A stretch of DNA of 55,093 bases from Candidatus Bathyarchaeota archaeon (GCA_030673805.1 DAOVIH010000001.1:1-55093), one strand, 5' to 3'; numbered from the stretch's first letter, positions 38,739 to 49,225 are shown. A program made the numbers and translations. Notes: generated by a model from the sequence alone, not told the origin.

Positions 38739-40121
38739 ATGTCTCACCCTTATCCAAGTGGGAGAGACACAGATTTGATTGTGGATTCGGTACTTGTTAA
38801 CGCCAAAGCCTATTTCAAGAGAGAAATTGTTGACTGCGCTATAGCCATCGAAAACGGTGAAGTGTTCAAGATAGGCAAAGAGACGCAAATGCCCAAAGCT
38901 GACCAACGGTTTGTTTTGAACAAATCATTGGTGTTACCAGGTTTGATAGATCCGCACGTACACCTGCGGGATGAGGGTAAGGCTTACAAAGAAGACTTTT
39001 ACACAGGCACTGCGGCTGCCGCTGCAGGAGGGGTAACCACTGTCTTAGACATGCCCAACAACGCACCAGTTACAATGAGCGCGGAAACGTTAGGGAACCG
39101 CATAAAGATTGCCAAGAAGAAAATCCTCGTCAATGTGGGGTTTTACTCTGAATTTCCGATTGAACCGAAAGGAATAAGAGATATTGTAGATGAAGGTGCG
39201 GTGGCATTTAAACTCTTCATGGGAAAACAGGTAGGCGGATTAGGCATTAATGACGATCGGGCAGTAGAAGGCGCTCTTAGAAAGGCTGGCGAATTGGGAG
39301 TTCCAGTGGCTGTCCACGCAGAAGACGAGAAAGAACTGAAAAAAAACGAGGAAAAAATGAGGCGTTCCAACCGCCATGATGTGTCGGCTTTTCGTGAAGC
39401 ACATGAAGAAATCGTTGAACTCAAAGCTATTGAACGGTTACTGAGAATTACTGAAAAAACTGGTGCTGCTCTGCATTTCTGTCACATAACGACTGAAGAG
39501 GGTCTAAGCGCTATTATTAGAGGGAAAAAAACTGGGAGATTAGCGACCTGTGAGGTGACACCGCATCATCTCCTGTTATCTAGTGATGATTTCGGGCGTT
39601 ATGGAATGGCAGCAGTGACAATTCCGCCCCTACGGGGTAAGAGACACATCAAAGCCCTTTGGAATGGAATTCTAAACGGATGGATAGATGTTCTTGGTTC
39701 TGATCATGCGCCTCACGCCTTTAGGGAGAAAGATGCTAGCAGTATCTGGGATGTGAAAGCAGGCATTCCAGGTCTAGAAACAACTTTGCCCCTTGTAATG
39801 TCGCTTGTAATGAAGAAACGAATTTCATTGGACAGAGCAGTTTCCCTTTTATCAGAAAAACCCGCAGAAATTTTCGGTTTAAAAGACAGAGGTTTATTGG
39901 AAGAGGGAAAAAAGGCGGACTTGGTGGTAGTGGATTTAAAGAAGAAATTCAAGATTGACGCTTCAAAGTTTCATTCTAAAGCCAAGTATTCTCCGTTTGA
40001 CGGTTGGGAAGTCCAAGGGAAGCTTTTAAAGACTTTCGTAAACGGCCGTTTGGTGATGGAAGATGACGAAATTGTGGAGAAGGCCGGATGCGGAGTGGCA
40101 ATTCGGAGAAATAGCGTGTGA
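38739..40121 (+). CDS. pyrC: Dihydroorotase (cyclic amidohydrolase family)
   Basis: The motifs LPGLIDPHVHLRD, GGVTTVLDMPN, AVHAED and GSDHAPH match the family. Confidence 0.8.
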   Translation: MSHPYPSGRDTDLIVDSVLVNAKAYFKREIVDCAIAIENGEVFKIGKETQMPKADQRFVLNKSLVLPGLIDPHVHLRDEGKAYKEDFYTGTAAAAAGGVTTVLDMPNNAPVTMSAETLGNRIKIAKKKILVNVGFYSEFPIEPKGIRDIVDEGAVAFKLFMGKQVGGLGINDDRAVEGALRKAGELGVPVAVHAEDEKELKKNEEKMRRSNRHDVSAFREAHEEIVELKAIERLLRITEKTGAALHFCHITTEEGLSAIIRGKKTGRLATCEVTPHHLLLSSDDFGRYGMAAVTIPPLRGKRHIKALWNGILNGWIDVLGSDHAPHAFREKDASSIWDVKAGIPGLETTLPLVMSLVMKKRISLDRAVSLLSEKPAEIFGLKDRGLLEEGKKADLVVVDLKKKFKIDASKFHSKAKYSPFDGWEVQGKLLKTFVNGRLVMEDDEIVEKAGCGVAIRRNSV

Positions 40122-40603
40122 GATTCATCACTGATGGAATGCTTGGAAAACTTACTAGATGGCTTCGAATCTTAGGACACGACGTTGAATACTCGATTGA
40201 TCTCAATGATAACGAATTAATCGAAGTAGCTATTGAGAGTTCGCGAATCCTTCTTACGAAAGATCGGGCATTGTATAAGAGAGCCCGGACTATGGGGGTC
40301 AATGCCTTTTGCGTTGAAGGTAACACGGGAGCCCAACGTCTTGCGGAACTTTCAAGACGATTCAACGTAATGTTAACCGTGGATGTCACCAATTCTCTCT
40401 GTCCCACATGTAACAAGAGACTCCTGAAAGCAACAAAGAAAGAAGTAGCCTACAGAGTTGAAAAAAAAACCTTAGCTCATTACAACTTTTTCTTAAGATG
40501 CCCTGAATGCGGGAGAATATATTGGATAGGAGCCCACTGGAAAAGGATATATGGAACTCTTTCAGAAGCAACAGAGATTTTAAACAAGAAAAGAGAAAGC
40601 TAG
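40118..40603 (+). CDS. Mut7-C RNase-domain (DUF82, PIN-like) protein with zinc ribbon
   Basis: The sequence is MRFITDGMLGKLTRWLRILGHDVEY...LLTKD...CPTCN...CPECG. The GTG start overlaps the pyrC stop (GTGA). Confidence 0.8.
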   Translation: MRFITDGMLGKLTRWLRILGHDVEYSIDLNDNELIEVAIESSRILLTKDRALYKRARTMGVNAFCVEGNTGAQRLAELSRRFNVMLTVDVTNSLCPTCNKRLLKATKKEVAYRVEKKTLAHYNFFLRCPECGRIYWIGAHWKRIYGTLSEATEILNKKRES

Positions 40604-40839
40604 TTCTGTTTTAGCAGCCAGTGTAACGGAATATCCTGATAGGTACCATCAGGTAATGTCCGCCTTATCGTGATTGGCAAAACTTTTGATTCAAACTCAG
40701 CCAAAGCGATATCTATTGCACTAGAGAACGCTTCATCAAACTCGATTAGGATTGGAGCGCTCATAGAAATTTGTAGGGCCCTTGCACCTACTATTCTTGC
40801 TTTCTCGAAACGAGTAATTTTTGGAGGTCCTATAGAAAT
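40600..40839 (-). CDS. rpoK: DNA-directed RNA polymerase subunit K (Rpb6 homolog); missed by the ORF track and start codon unresolved
   Basis: My own translation of the minus strand is ...KISIGPPKITRFEKARIVGARALQISMSAPILIEFDEAFSSAIDIALAEFESKVLPITIRRTLPDGTYQDIPLHWLLKQN*. TRFEKARIxGARALQISMxAP and LPITIRRxLPDG are hallmark RpoK/Rpb6 motifs. The only ATG (40764) lies after the first motif. The frame is open up to the thermosome TAG (40861-40863). Confidence 0.85.
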   Translation of the reverse strand: MSIGPPKITRFEKARIVGARALQISMSAPILIEFDEAFSSAIDIALAEFESKVLPITIRRTLPDGTYQDIPLHWLLKQN

Positions 40840-40860
40840 TTTGGCGGTTCCGGACGTATT

Positions 40861-42519
40861 CTAATACTCTCCAGCACCAGGATATGGTCCGCCAGGAGGT
40901 CCACCGCCTGGTGGCATCGGAGGAGCCTTCATCTTGCTCACAGCGATGATATCATCTATTTTGAGTATCAACGTAGCGGCCTCAGTTGCTGATTTGATCA
41001 GTTGTTTTTTCACTGTTAAGGGTTCATAAACCCCAACTTTAGACATGTCCTGAATCTTTCCATCTAGAACCTCTATTCCTGCCCATTTCTCTCCCTTTTC
41101 GTGTCGTGCTCTCAGTTCGGATAAAATATCAATTGGATCTAGGCCCGCATTCTCGGCTAATGTGGTTACTATCGTTTCTAGAGAGTCTGCGAAGCTCTTT
41201 ACCGCAAGTTGTTCTCGCCCCGGAAGTGTTTCTCCATATCTCTTGAGGACTTTTGACATCTCAAGTTCAGGGGCACCGCCGCCGGCTAGAACCTTTGGTT
41301 CCATGATTATGTCCTTAACCACACATAACGCGTCGTGAAGTGAGCGCTCTGCCTCCGCGATCATTCGTTCGGTTCCCCCTCGTATCAGGATGGTTACTGC
41401 TTGAGGATTCTTGCAGCCTTCTACAAAGGTCATTTTGTCGTCACCGATTTTTCGCTCTTCTACAAGTGCTGCATATCCCAAATCCACTGAGGTTAAATCG
41501 TCAAGGCTAGTTGATGTGGTACCACCTGTGGCTTTTGCAAGCTTCTCCATATCAGACTTTTTCACTCTCCGTACTGCGAGTATTCCGTTCCTTGCAAGAA
41601 AATGTTGTACCATATCATCCATGCCTTTTTGGCACAAAACCACGTTTGCGCCAACTGCAACTATTTTGTCAACCATTCCTTTAAGCATCGTCTCTTCTTG
41701 TTGGAGGAAAGCTTGTATTTGGTCTGGACTTTCAATGTTAATCTTTGCGTCAAACTCTGTCTTTTCAACTTCCAGAGCTGAATCCAGCAACAGGACTCTT
41801 GCTTTTTCAATTCTTTTAGGCATTCCTGAATGCACAACTTCTTTGTCTAAGATAACGCCAGTTACTAGGGTTGTCTCCCTTAACGACTCACCAGTTTTCT
41901 TTTCAACTTTGACATCATCAACATCAACCTTTTGATTTCCATTATCTTCCAAGGCTACCGAGAGGATCGCTTGAACTGCTAGATCTGCCAGATTCTCTTT
42001 AAAGTCGGCCACGAGTTTGCTTGCCATAGAGGTCATTGCTACTTCCTTTAGGTATTCCTGAGATTTCAAGTCAACTGGTATTGCGATTTCCTCAAGCGTT
42101 TCTAAGGCTTTTTCTTGGGCTTTCCTATACCCATCGATTATTATAGTTGGGTGAATGCTCTTCTCTATCAAAACTTGGGCGTTCTTAAGAAGCTCACCTG
42201 CGATTATTATTGCCGAAGTGGTCCCGTCACCAGTTTCATTATCCTGGGTTTTTGCAACTTCGACCAGCATTTTAGCGGCTGGATGTTGGATGTCCATTTC
42301 ATCCAAAATCGTGCGGCCATCGCTTGTTATCGTTACGTCTCCGAAGCTGTCGACTAGCATCTTGTCCATACCTTTAGGGCCTAATGAGCTTCTAACGCTT
42401 TCCGCGACTATTTTCACAGCAGTGATATTTGCCTGCTGAGCTTCTCTACCACGAGAACGACTCGAGCCTTCTTTCATTATAATGACTGGTACACCACCAG
42501 CCTGCACAGTTGATGACAA
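40861..42519 (-). CDS. ths: Thermosome subunit (group II chaperonin)
   Basis: The motifs [49 protein letters not shown] and VLAGGGAPE match a group II chaperonin, and the C-terminal tail is Gly/Pro-rich. The start is TTG. Confidence 0.95.
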   Translation of the reverse strand: MSSTVQAGGVPVIIMKEGSSRSRGREAQQANITAVKIVAESVRSSLGPKGMDKMLVDSFGDVTITSDGRTILDEMDIQHPAAKMLVEVAKTQDNETGDGTTSAIIIAGELLKNAQVLIEKSIHPTIIIDGYRKAQEKALETLEEIAIPVDLKSQEYLKEVAMTSMASKLVADFKENLADLAVQAILSVALEDNGNQKVDVDDVKVEKKTGESLRETTLVTGVILDKEVVHSGMPKRIEKARVLLLDSALEVEKTEFDAKINIESPDQIQAFLQQEETMLKGMVDKIVAVGANVVLCQKGMDDMVQHFLARNGILAVRRVKKSDMEKLAKATGGTTSTSLDDLTSVDLGYAALVEERKIGDDKMTFVEGCKNPQAVTILIRGGTERMIAEAERSLHDALCVVKDIIMEPKVLAGGGAPELEMSKVLKRYGETLPGREQLAVKSFADSLETIVTTLAENAGLDPIDILSELRARHEKGEKWAGIEVLDGKIQDMSKVGVYEPLTVKKQLIKSATEAATLILKIDDIIAVSKMKAPPMPPGGGPPGGPYPGAGEY

Positions 42520-42566
42520 ATTGAGTTAACTCCATTAATGCGAAGAACAACAAGAACATCTTTGCC

Positions 42567-42580
42567 ATATAAGTTTTTCT
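42567..42580 (-). promoter_or_regulatory. Candidate BRE/TATA element for the thermosome gene
   Basis: The minus strand reads AGAAAAAC-TTATAT about 49 nt upstream of the TTG start, with GGAG in the predicted leader. The call rests on position and motif only. Confidence 0.3.
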
Positions 42581-42907
42581 AGCCCAGGTAACGAAGGCTA
42601 CATCTAAGCGTTTCTAAGAAAATCAGTAGTCGCGGATTGATGATTGCCCCTAGCCAACCCCAAACAATAGTCAATCTATAGGTGTTTAGTTCCATTTGTT
42701 TGTAGATGATTTTTGCTGATCATTAGACTAACAAAAACAGTTACAGGCGTACGACTTGGCTAGGAACCCCGGTGGACAACCTCGTATTTCAAAAAGCACG
42801 GTTACAAATTGCGGTCTTTGCTATCTTTCAATCGTTTCCTAAATTGGACCATCCATCAGTACTCGATAACTAATGACCATAATAGCGGTTGAAGAGGAGA
42901 ATTGCTA

Positions 42908-43411
42908 TTAATAAACGGAAACTTTTGACACTCCGTTTACTTTGAGCAACTCTGGAATTAGTTCGCCTGGAATCTTCTTCTGTACAATCAGCGTGAGCTT
43001 CGGTTCCGGTGAAAGCTCTGGATCGTCAACGATCGCTTGTCGGATGTTCAATCCGCCATTTGTGAGAATCATGGCTGAGTTAGCTAGAATTCCAGGGATT
43101 CTAGCATCAATAGGAGTTATTTCTACAACTCCCAAGTCTAGCGGTTTTGCAATCTCCTTTAACGAGTGCCCGGCAGAACGAATTAGTTCAAATAACGATT
43201 TAAGCTCGCTGTTGGCTCTGATAATTCTTGTCGTTTCAGTTACTGTCCGTCGATCCACACCAGCAACTCGGGCAATTCGAACTGGAGGAATTTCAATTTG
43301 GTTAAGATATATTTTTCCTTCTCTTACACTTAACCCATTTTCCACCAGAACCCTTGCTACTTTTAGGCGTTCGGGATATCCGTCTAGGTTTTTTTTAATT
43401 GTATTCCACAT
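42908..43411 (-). CDS. ACT-domain regulator of amino-acid metabolism (COG2150-like)
   Basis: The N-terminal HTH-like region reads RLKVARVLVENGLSVREGKIYL...IARVAGVDRRTV. The C-terminal ACT-like region reads VEITPIDARIPGILA. The gene is divergent from trpB2. Confidence 0.65.
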   Translation of the reverse strand: MWNTIKKNLDGYPERLKVARVLVENGLSVREGKIYLNQIEIPPVRIARVAGVDRRTVTETTRIIRANSELKSLFELIRSAGHSLKEIAKPLDLGVVEITPIDARIPGILANSAMILTNGGLNIRQAIVDDPELSPEPKLTLIVQKKIPGELIPELLKVNGVSKVSVY

Positions 43412-43579
43412 AGCTCAGTCTTTGCTCCAGTACATTTTTGCACTTCAAGGTATAAATATGCTATGAAGCTCAAAGAAGATTACAGGCAAAGGATTTTTCG
43501 GCATTAATGAACAGAAATATACACAAAAGATTTAACTGAAAATCGCACAAAGTACAATTTACAATTCTTGCAATAGGAG

Positions 43580-44983
43580 ATGAATTATGTGCCAAGTAGA
43601 AAAATAATTCTAGATGAAAAAATAATCCCAAAACAATGGTATTGTATATTGCCAGACTTGCCTAAACCTCTCCCCCCAACGATAGAGCCGGAGACTAAAG
43701 CGCCAGGGCCTGGAATAGTTCCCAAAATATTTCCAAAACAGATCCTAGCCCAAGAAATGAGCACTGAAAGATGGATAGATATCCCTGAGGAAGTCAGAGA
43801 TATCTACAGGCTTTGGAGACCCACCCCGCTTTTCAGAGCTGTTGGTTTGGAGAAAGCATTGAAGACCCCCGCTAAAATCTACTATAAATATGAGGGAGTT
43901 AGCCCTCCAGGCAGTCACAAACCAAACACAGCCATTCCCCAAGCGTATTATAACATGAAAGAAGGAGTAGAACGTTTGTCTACCGAGACGGGAGCAGGTC
44001 AATGGGGATCGTCAATAGCTTTTGGGGCAATGATGTTCGGGCTTAAATGCACGGTCTACATGGTAAGAGTGAGTTACCAACAAAAGCCCTATCGAAGAAG
44101 CATGATGGAGGCTTATGGGGCAAAAGTCTATCCCAGCCCCAGCAACCAAACGGAGAGCGGCAGAGCACTCCTAAAGGAAGATGCTAACAACTCAGGCAGT
44201 TTAGGGATAGCCATTAGCGAAGCTATCGAGGATGCCCTTGCCCACAACGGCGTCAACTATAGCATAGGCAGCGTATTCAATCACGTTCTTTTGCATCAAA
44301 CTGTAATTGGTTTAGAGTGCAAAGAGCAATTGGAAGTTGCCGGAGACTACCCTGACGTCATTTATGGATGTATAGGTGGCGGCAGCAGTTTTTCTGGCCT
44401 TTTCTGGCCTTTCTATCATGACAAAATTACGGGAAAGGCACCGAAAGACGTTCGTTTTATAGCCACTGAAGCTACAGCTTGCCCTAAGGTAACGAAAGGA
44501 GAGTACACATATGACCATGGAGACACCGCCAAGTTAACGCCTCTGGTCCCAATGCATACTATAGGACATGATTTCATTCCAGCCCCTATTCACGCAGGAG
44601 GACTGCGCTACCATGGCATGGCGCCGATAATCAGCAGTCTAGTTTCTCAGAATAAGATCCAGACAAAAGCATATAATCAGACAGAAGTCTTTGATGCCGC
44701 TAAGATATTTATTCAAAGCGAGGGGATAATACCGGCTCCAGAACCAGCCCACGCAATCAAAGGAGCAGTAGATGAAGCCTTGAGGTGTAAAGAGACAGGA
44801 GAGGAAAAGGTGATTGTTTTTCTGCTATGTGGTCATGGATATTTTGACATGAAAGCCTATGACGATTACTTAAGCGGTAAGCTGCTTCCATATGAATACC
44901 CAGCAGAAAAAGTTGAAGAGTCGATGAGAAAACTTCGGAAGCTTTACCCTTGGATAGATGAGGTTAAAAAGAAGTTCATTTGA
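43580..44983 (+). CDS. trpB2: Tryptophan synthase beta chain-like protein, TrpB2 family
   Basis: The protein has the long N-terminal extension and the motifs [26 protein letters not shown] (PLP lysine) and GGGSSFSG, as in TrpB2. Confidence 0.9.
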   Translation: MNYVPSRKIILDEKIIPKQWYCILPDLPKPLPPTIEPETKAPGPGIVPKIFPKQILAQEMSTERWIDIPEEVRDIYRLWRPTPLFRAVGLEKALKTPAKIYYKYEGVSPPGSHKPNTAIPQAYYNMKEGVERLSTETGAGQWGSSIAFGAMMFGLKCTVYMVRVSYQQKPYRRSMMEAYGAKVYPSPSNQTESGRALLKEDANNSGSLGIAISEAIEDALAHNGVNYSIGSVFNHVLLHQTVIGLECKEQLEVAGDYPDVIYGCIGGGSSFSGLFWPFYHDKITGKAPKDVRFIATEATACPKVTKGEYTYDHGDTAKLTPLVPMHTIGHDFIPAPIHAGGLRYHGMAPIISSLVSQNKIQTKAYNQTEVFDAAKIFIQSEGIIPAPEPAHAIKGAVDEALRCKETGEEKVIVFLLCGHGYFDMKAYDDYLSGKLLPYEYPAEKVEESMRKLRKLYPWIDEVKKKFI

Positions 44984-45140
44984 GAATCTAGGTTTGTGAG
45001 AAATTGGCCCTAGGTATTAGAAAATGCTGTTGGGTCGTAAACTCTCTCTTTTTAATTCTTTTCTAAGATTGGGCAATGCCTTTTTGATTATTGCGTAGTC
45101 TAAGTTTTTTTGGGGTCTGGGGTGTGGAAATAAGTCGGCA

Positions 45141-46280
45141 TTGAATGGGAAGAACGAGAACAAGACCCGCCTAGCAACCATTGGGCTAATTGTCAACCCA
45201 ATTGCTGGTATGGGAGGGGCTGTTGGCCTCAAAGGAACTGATGGCAAGGCAGTTCTGGAAAAAGCTATATCTCTAGGAGCCAACCCCATAGCTCCAAACA
45301 GAGCTGCTTCTTTTATGTCTGAATTGAACCCTGGTGAAGAGGGAATAAGGATTTTTGTCGGAGCAGGAAAAATGGGCGAAGAAGTAGTTAAGAAAGGAGG
45401 TTTCCAACACGCAGCTTTCGGAAAGAAAAAACATGAAACCACATCTGAGGACACAAAAGCAATAGCAAGGAAAATGGTAGAGGAAGATGTGGATCTTCTT
45501 GTGTTTTGCGGAGGGGACGGAACCGCACGCAACATATTGGAAGCGATCGGTACGAATATTCCTGTTCTAGGAGTGCCAACAGGAGTTAAGATGCATAGCT
45601 CAGTTTTTGCCGTAACCTCCAAGGCAGCAGCAACGATAGCTCTAAAATTTGTGCGAGGAGAATTACTTTTGGGAGAAACTGAAGTAATGGATGTTGATGA
45701 GAAAGCCTTCAGGGCAGGTTTTGTGTCTGCACAGCTTTATGGGTACGCAATATCTCCTTATGAGCCTCACCTGATTCAGGGAGCAAAGATGTCCAGCCCA
45801 AAAACTGAACTGGAAATTCGAAATCAAGCAGCTATCGCCCTATACGTCATCGAAAACATGAAAACGGATGTCAATTACATTATTGGTCCTGGAACGACAA
45901 CTCGTACCATAGGAGATTTACTAGACGCTAAGAAAACCCTACTAGGAGTCGATATCTTCTGCAATAAGAAAATGGTGGCAAAGGACGTGAACGAAAAACA
46001 GATTCTGGAGAAAATTCGAGGAAAGCCTGCAAAGATCATTGTCACGCCAATAGGAGGCCAAGGCTTTGTTTTTGGGAGGGGAAATCAACAGATAAGCCCA
46101 AGAGTAATTAGGGCTGTAGGACTCGAGAACATAGTTGTAGTAGCCACAGAAAACAAATTGAGAAGCCTGAAAAGCTTGAGGGTTGACACGGGTGATCAAA
46201 ATTTGGATTTTGAAATCAGAGCGCGAAATCTGGGAGTAATAACCAACTACGGAATAGAAGGCCCAATGCAGGTTGACTAA
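45141..46280 (+). CDS. ATP-NAD kinase-family protein (COG3199-like)
   Basis: The motifs IGLIVNPIAGMGGAVGLKGTDG, LLVFCGGDGTARN and GVPTGVKMHS match the family. The start is TTG. Confidence 0.7.
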   Translation: MNGKNENKTRLATIGLIVNPIAGMGGAVGLKGTDGKAVLEKAISLGANPIAPNRAASFMSELNPGEEGIRIFVGAGKMGEEVVKKGGFQHAAFGKKKHETTSEDTKAIARKMVEEDVDLLVFCGGDGTARNILEAIGTNIPVLGVPTGVKMHSSVFAVTSKAAATIALKFVRGELLLGETEVMDVDEKAFRAGFVSAQLYGYAISPYEPHLIQGAKMSSPKTELEIRNQAAIALYVIENMKTDVNYIIGPGTTTRTIGDLLDAKKTLLGVDIFCNKKMVAKDVNEKQILEKIRGKPAKIIVTPIGGQGFVFGRGNQQISPRVIRAVGLENIVVVATENKLRSLKSLRVDTGDQNLDFEIRARNLGVITNYGIEGPMQVD

Positions 46281-46629
46281 ACCTCATAACTATTTGTTTC
46301 CAATCTTCATCGACACGGAACAAAAATGGGATTAACAAATGATTGGTGAAACAGAAGTCACTTAAGGACCTTAGAAAATACACCAGTTCTTGATTGCTAC
46401 AGCCTTTATTTTTATTCGCCCTTGAACGGACCGTAAACGTGGGATTCGAAAACTAATAGTAGGATGGGTCCTTCAACAAAAAAAAGAGGCAGAACAGGGA
46501 ATAGGAAGAGCTAGAAAATGCAATCCCGGGGCAAATAAGCTTAACAGTTCATTTCTAGCAAGAGATCTACAGATAAATTGAAATAATGACATTGAAGAAC
46601 AATATCAACGTTTACTAGAGGATGGTTAT

Positions 46630-47733
46630 TTGATTCCGATAAATCTTCCACAAATAGGAGAAGAAGAAGTAGAAGCAGTAGTTGAGGTTTTGAAAAGTGG
46701 CAAACTAACCCATGGACTTGGTGAAGGCCCTAGGGTGAAAAAGTTTGAGAAGGCCTTCGCAAAATTTGCAGAAGCAAAACATGCCGTTGCAGTGAATACT
46801 GGTACGGCAGCGCTGCACTCTGCAGTTGTAGGCACAGGCTTGAATAAGGATTTCGAGGTGATCCTCCCCAGTTTTACCTTCGTAGCTACCGCAGAAGCTG
46901 TCATATTAGCAGGTGGAAAACCCGTGTTTGTTGATATTGACCCGAAAACGTACAATATTTCCTCTACTGAAATTGAAAAGGCAATCACCAAAAGAACAGA
47001 GGCCATAATGCCTGTAGATCTATATGGCTTGCCAGCTGATATGAAATGTATCAGGGAAATTGCTGATCAAAATGACCTATTAATTATTGAAGATGCTGCC
47101 CAGGCTCATGGTGCGATCTACAACAGGAAACCAGTAGGGAAGATGGCAGACGCAACTTGCTGGAGCTTTTATGCAAGTAAAAACATCACAACCGGGGAAG
47201 GTGGCATGGTAACAACAGATAGCAATCAAATAGCGAAGAAGATTCGACTATTTAGGACCCACGGCGAAAAAGCAAAGTATGCCTCTCGTATGTTCGGTCA
47301 TAACTATCGCATGTCAGAAATTCAAGCTGCGATAGGTTGTGTGCAATTGGGAAAATTATCTGGTTTCTTGACTAAACGCCGTGAAAACGTTAGAAGATTA
47401 ATGGATCTGCTTCAAAAAACAAAAAGGTTAGAGTTGCCAATTGAGCCCCCAGATCGCAGACATAGTTGGTATCTTTTCACTGTTAGACTTGAAAGAGCTA
47501 CAGAACAAGAGAGAAATAGAGTTGTTAGAGAACTAAGAGAGAAAGGCATAGGATCAACAATCTATTACTCTAACCCAATTCACCTGATGCCTTATTATCG
47601 TGATGTGTTGGGGACGAGCGAACTCCCAGAGACTGAAAAAGCTTCTAAGCAAGTATTCTCTTTGCCAGTTCATCCTGGAGTTACGGAAGAACAAGTAACC
47701 CACATAGCTAATTCGCTGCTTAGTATTCTATGA
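46630..47733 (+). CDS. DegT/DnrJ/EryC1/StrS-family PLP-dependent sugar aminotransferase
   Basis: The motifs MIPINLPQIGEEEVEAV, NTGTAALH, EDAAQAHGA and SFYASKNITTGEGG (PLP lysine) match the family. The start is TTG. Confidence 0.9.
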   Translation: MIPINLPQIGEEEVEAVVEVLKSGKLTHGLGEGPRVKKFEKAFAKFAEAKHAVAVNTGTAALHSAVVGTGLNKDFEVILPSFTFVATAEAVILAGGKPVFVDIDPKTYNISSTEIEKAITKRTEAIMPVDLYGLPADMKCIREIADQNDLLIIEDAAQAHGAIYNRKPVGKMADATCWSFYASKNITTGEGGMVTTDSNQIAKKIRLFRTHGEKAKYASRMFGHNYRMSEIQAAIGCVQLGKLSGFLTKRRENVRRLMDLLQKTKRLELPIEPPDRRHSWYLFTVRLERATEQERNRVVRELREKGIGSTIYYSNPIHLMPYYRDVLGTSELPETEKASKQVFSLPVHPGVTEEQVTHIANSLLSIL

Positions 47734-47925
47734 CTGACTCCTGATTCAGGTGTAAAGGGACTACTACTAAGGACAGGGGTATTGAATAAGCCAATGCTAT
47801 GATTAATTTTGGTTGGACGCAAAATAGAAGCTGGTGATTGCAGAAGAAAAATATATATTTGCCTAGCCCTAGGTTCAGTCACTTCAAACAGACATTGAAG
47901 AGATTCTAAAGGAAGGCTCCAAACA

Positions 47926-48312
47926 ATGATTTCTGAAGAAGAGGGGTCCCGCGTAAAAATAAGATTTCTTGTGGAAGAACTGGGTGAAGCATCAGGTGAA
48001 TTGGTGCGTTTCTTAGCCCCGAGAACGGTCGACACCATAGTAAGGAAGCTTCCTCTCGAAGGCAGAGCCGCTTTGTGGAAAGAAGAAGTTTACTTTCAGA
48101 TTCCAGTAAAGATTGGGGAAGAAAAGGCTAAGGGCACCGTTGAAGTGGGGGATGTTGCTTTTTGGCCTATGGGAAGTGCCTTGTGTGTATTCTTCGGGAC
48201 CTCCCAGCCTTATAGTCCAGTAAACGTTTTAGGCAAAATTAAAGAGAACTTGGAGCTTTTCAGCCAGGTAAAGAGTGGAGCTACGATTAAAGTTGAACTT
48301 TCAGTAAACTAG
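47926..48312 (+). CDS. Cyclophilin-like superfamily protein (TM1367-like)
   Basis: TVDTIVRKLPLEGRAALWKEEVYFQIP...GDVAFWPMGSALCVFFG resembles the cyclophilin-like family of small archaeal and bacterial proteins. The assignment is tentative. Confidence 0.55.
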   Translation: MISEEEGSRVKIRFLVEELGEASGELVRFLAPRTVDTIVRKLPLEGRAALWKEEVYFQIPVKIGEEKAKGTVEVGDVAFWPMGSALCVFFGTSQPYSPVNVLGKIKENLELFSQVKSGATIKVELSVN

Positions 48313-48789
48313 TGAACTTTCTTCCCACATTTTTAAGAGGCGTTCGCATTCGTCTATTACCTCTTGCCGGTTACTTCTTTCCTTTAGGGATTTCAGAAAG
48401 TCCTTACGCTTTTCGACGGAGCGTTTTTCCGCTGAACCGCCGTAGTAGAGCTTACCCTCGAGATACTCTTTCATATGGTTTGCTTTTTGAACGAAAAGAC
48501 TAGCAGCATCAACGGGGTTTTTAACCGCGAATTTGTTTGCCCAAATTGACACATCTGCTTCGCGAAGCTGAGTTAATCCGTCGATTTCAGTTATCTGCCG
48601 AATAAAACTTGTCAAGAAATCGTAGTAGTCAGCAACTTTCACCAATTCTATGGCGTCATTGACTTTTGCTGTAAATTTTATCCCCCCTTTAATTATTAGG
48701 GGGTGCCGGTAGCCGGCTTGCACCAGTTTTCTGGCGCTTCTTACCTCTTCTTCAGTGTAAACTCTTACAGGGAATTCCAATGGAATCAA
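48301..48789 (-). CDS. Hypothetical protein (162 aa)
   Basis: This is a clean ORF whose end overlaps the previous gene convergently by 12 nt. No family recognised. Confidence 0.45.
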   Translation of the reverse strand: MIPLEFPVRVYTEEEVRSARKLVQAGYRHPLIIKGGIKFTAKVNDAIELVKVADYYDFLTSFIRQITEIDGLTQLREADVSIWANKFAVKNPVDAASLFVQKANHMKEYLEGKLYYGGSAEKRSVEKRKDFLKSLKERSNRQEVIDECERLLKMWEESSLVY

Positions 48790-48849
48790 GCTCCTTATCC
48801 GATTTAGAAAAAGATCTCCGTTAACTCGACTTTTTGGAGTTGCTGAATA

Positions 48850-49173
48850 TCAGGCCTTTACGGGTTTGTAGATTTTCAGATTTCGGTTCTTTGAGACCAG
48901 CTGAATTGACCCATTTGTCTCTAACTGTTCAAGGAAGTCTTTTGCAGTACTTATCCGGATATTGAATTTCGAGGCCACTTGGTAAGGGGTCAAAACCTTC
49001 ATCTTCTTTATTTCGCTAACGTTTTTCTCGTTCTTAGGATCTGGAGAGAGGATGCTTAGTGTTTTTTTATCCTTCCGAGAACTCACTTTCTCTTTTTTCT
49101 TTTTTTTGTCATCGTCTTTTTTAGTCTGCATCCGCTCGATCTGTTTGAGACTGAGTTTCTTTTTTCCGCCCAT
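48850..49173 (-). CDS. rps25e: Ribosomal protein S25e (eS25)
   Basis: The N-terminus is lysine-rich, followed by the winged helix VLTPYQVASKFNIRISTAKDFLEQLETNGSIQLV. Confidence 0.85.
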   Translation of the reverse strand: MGGKKKLSLKQIERMQTKKDDDKKKKKEKVSSRKDKKTLSILSPDPKNEKNVSEIKKMKVLTPYQVASKFNIRISTAKDFLEQLETNGSIQLVSKNRNLKIYKPVKA

Positions 49174-49225
49174 CTTTTTCAGTTCCTAATTTGCCTTTTT
49201 AAAGTGTGGCCCTTATTTTGTTGGA

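Noticed and set aside
40670-40864. A 64-aa plus-strand ORF listed in the track
   Set aside because: The opposite strand encodes the highly conserved RpoK motifs, so this ORF is the antisense shadow of rpoK.
41411-41935. Long antisense ORFs. Examples are 174 aa here, 174 aa at 42942-43466, 201 aa at 45017-45622, 166 aa at 17482-17982, 137/151 aa at 5006-5786 and 132 aa at 28989-29387.
   Set aside because: Each overlaps a confidently identified conserved gene on the other strand. Their Ser/Leu/Phe-rich compositions are typical of shadow frames, with no SD and no recognisable motifs.
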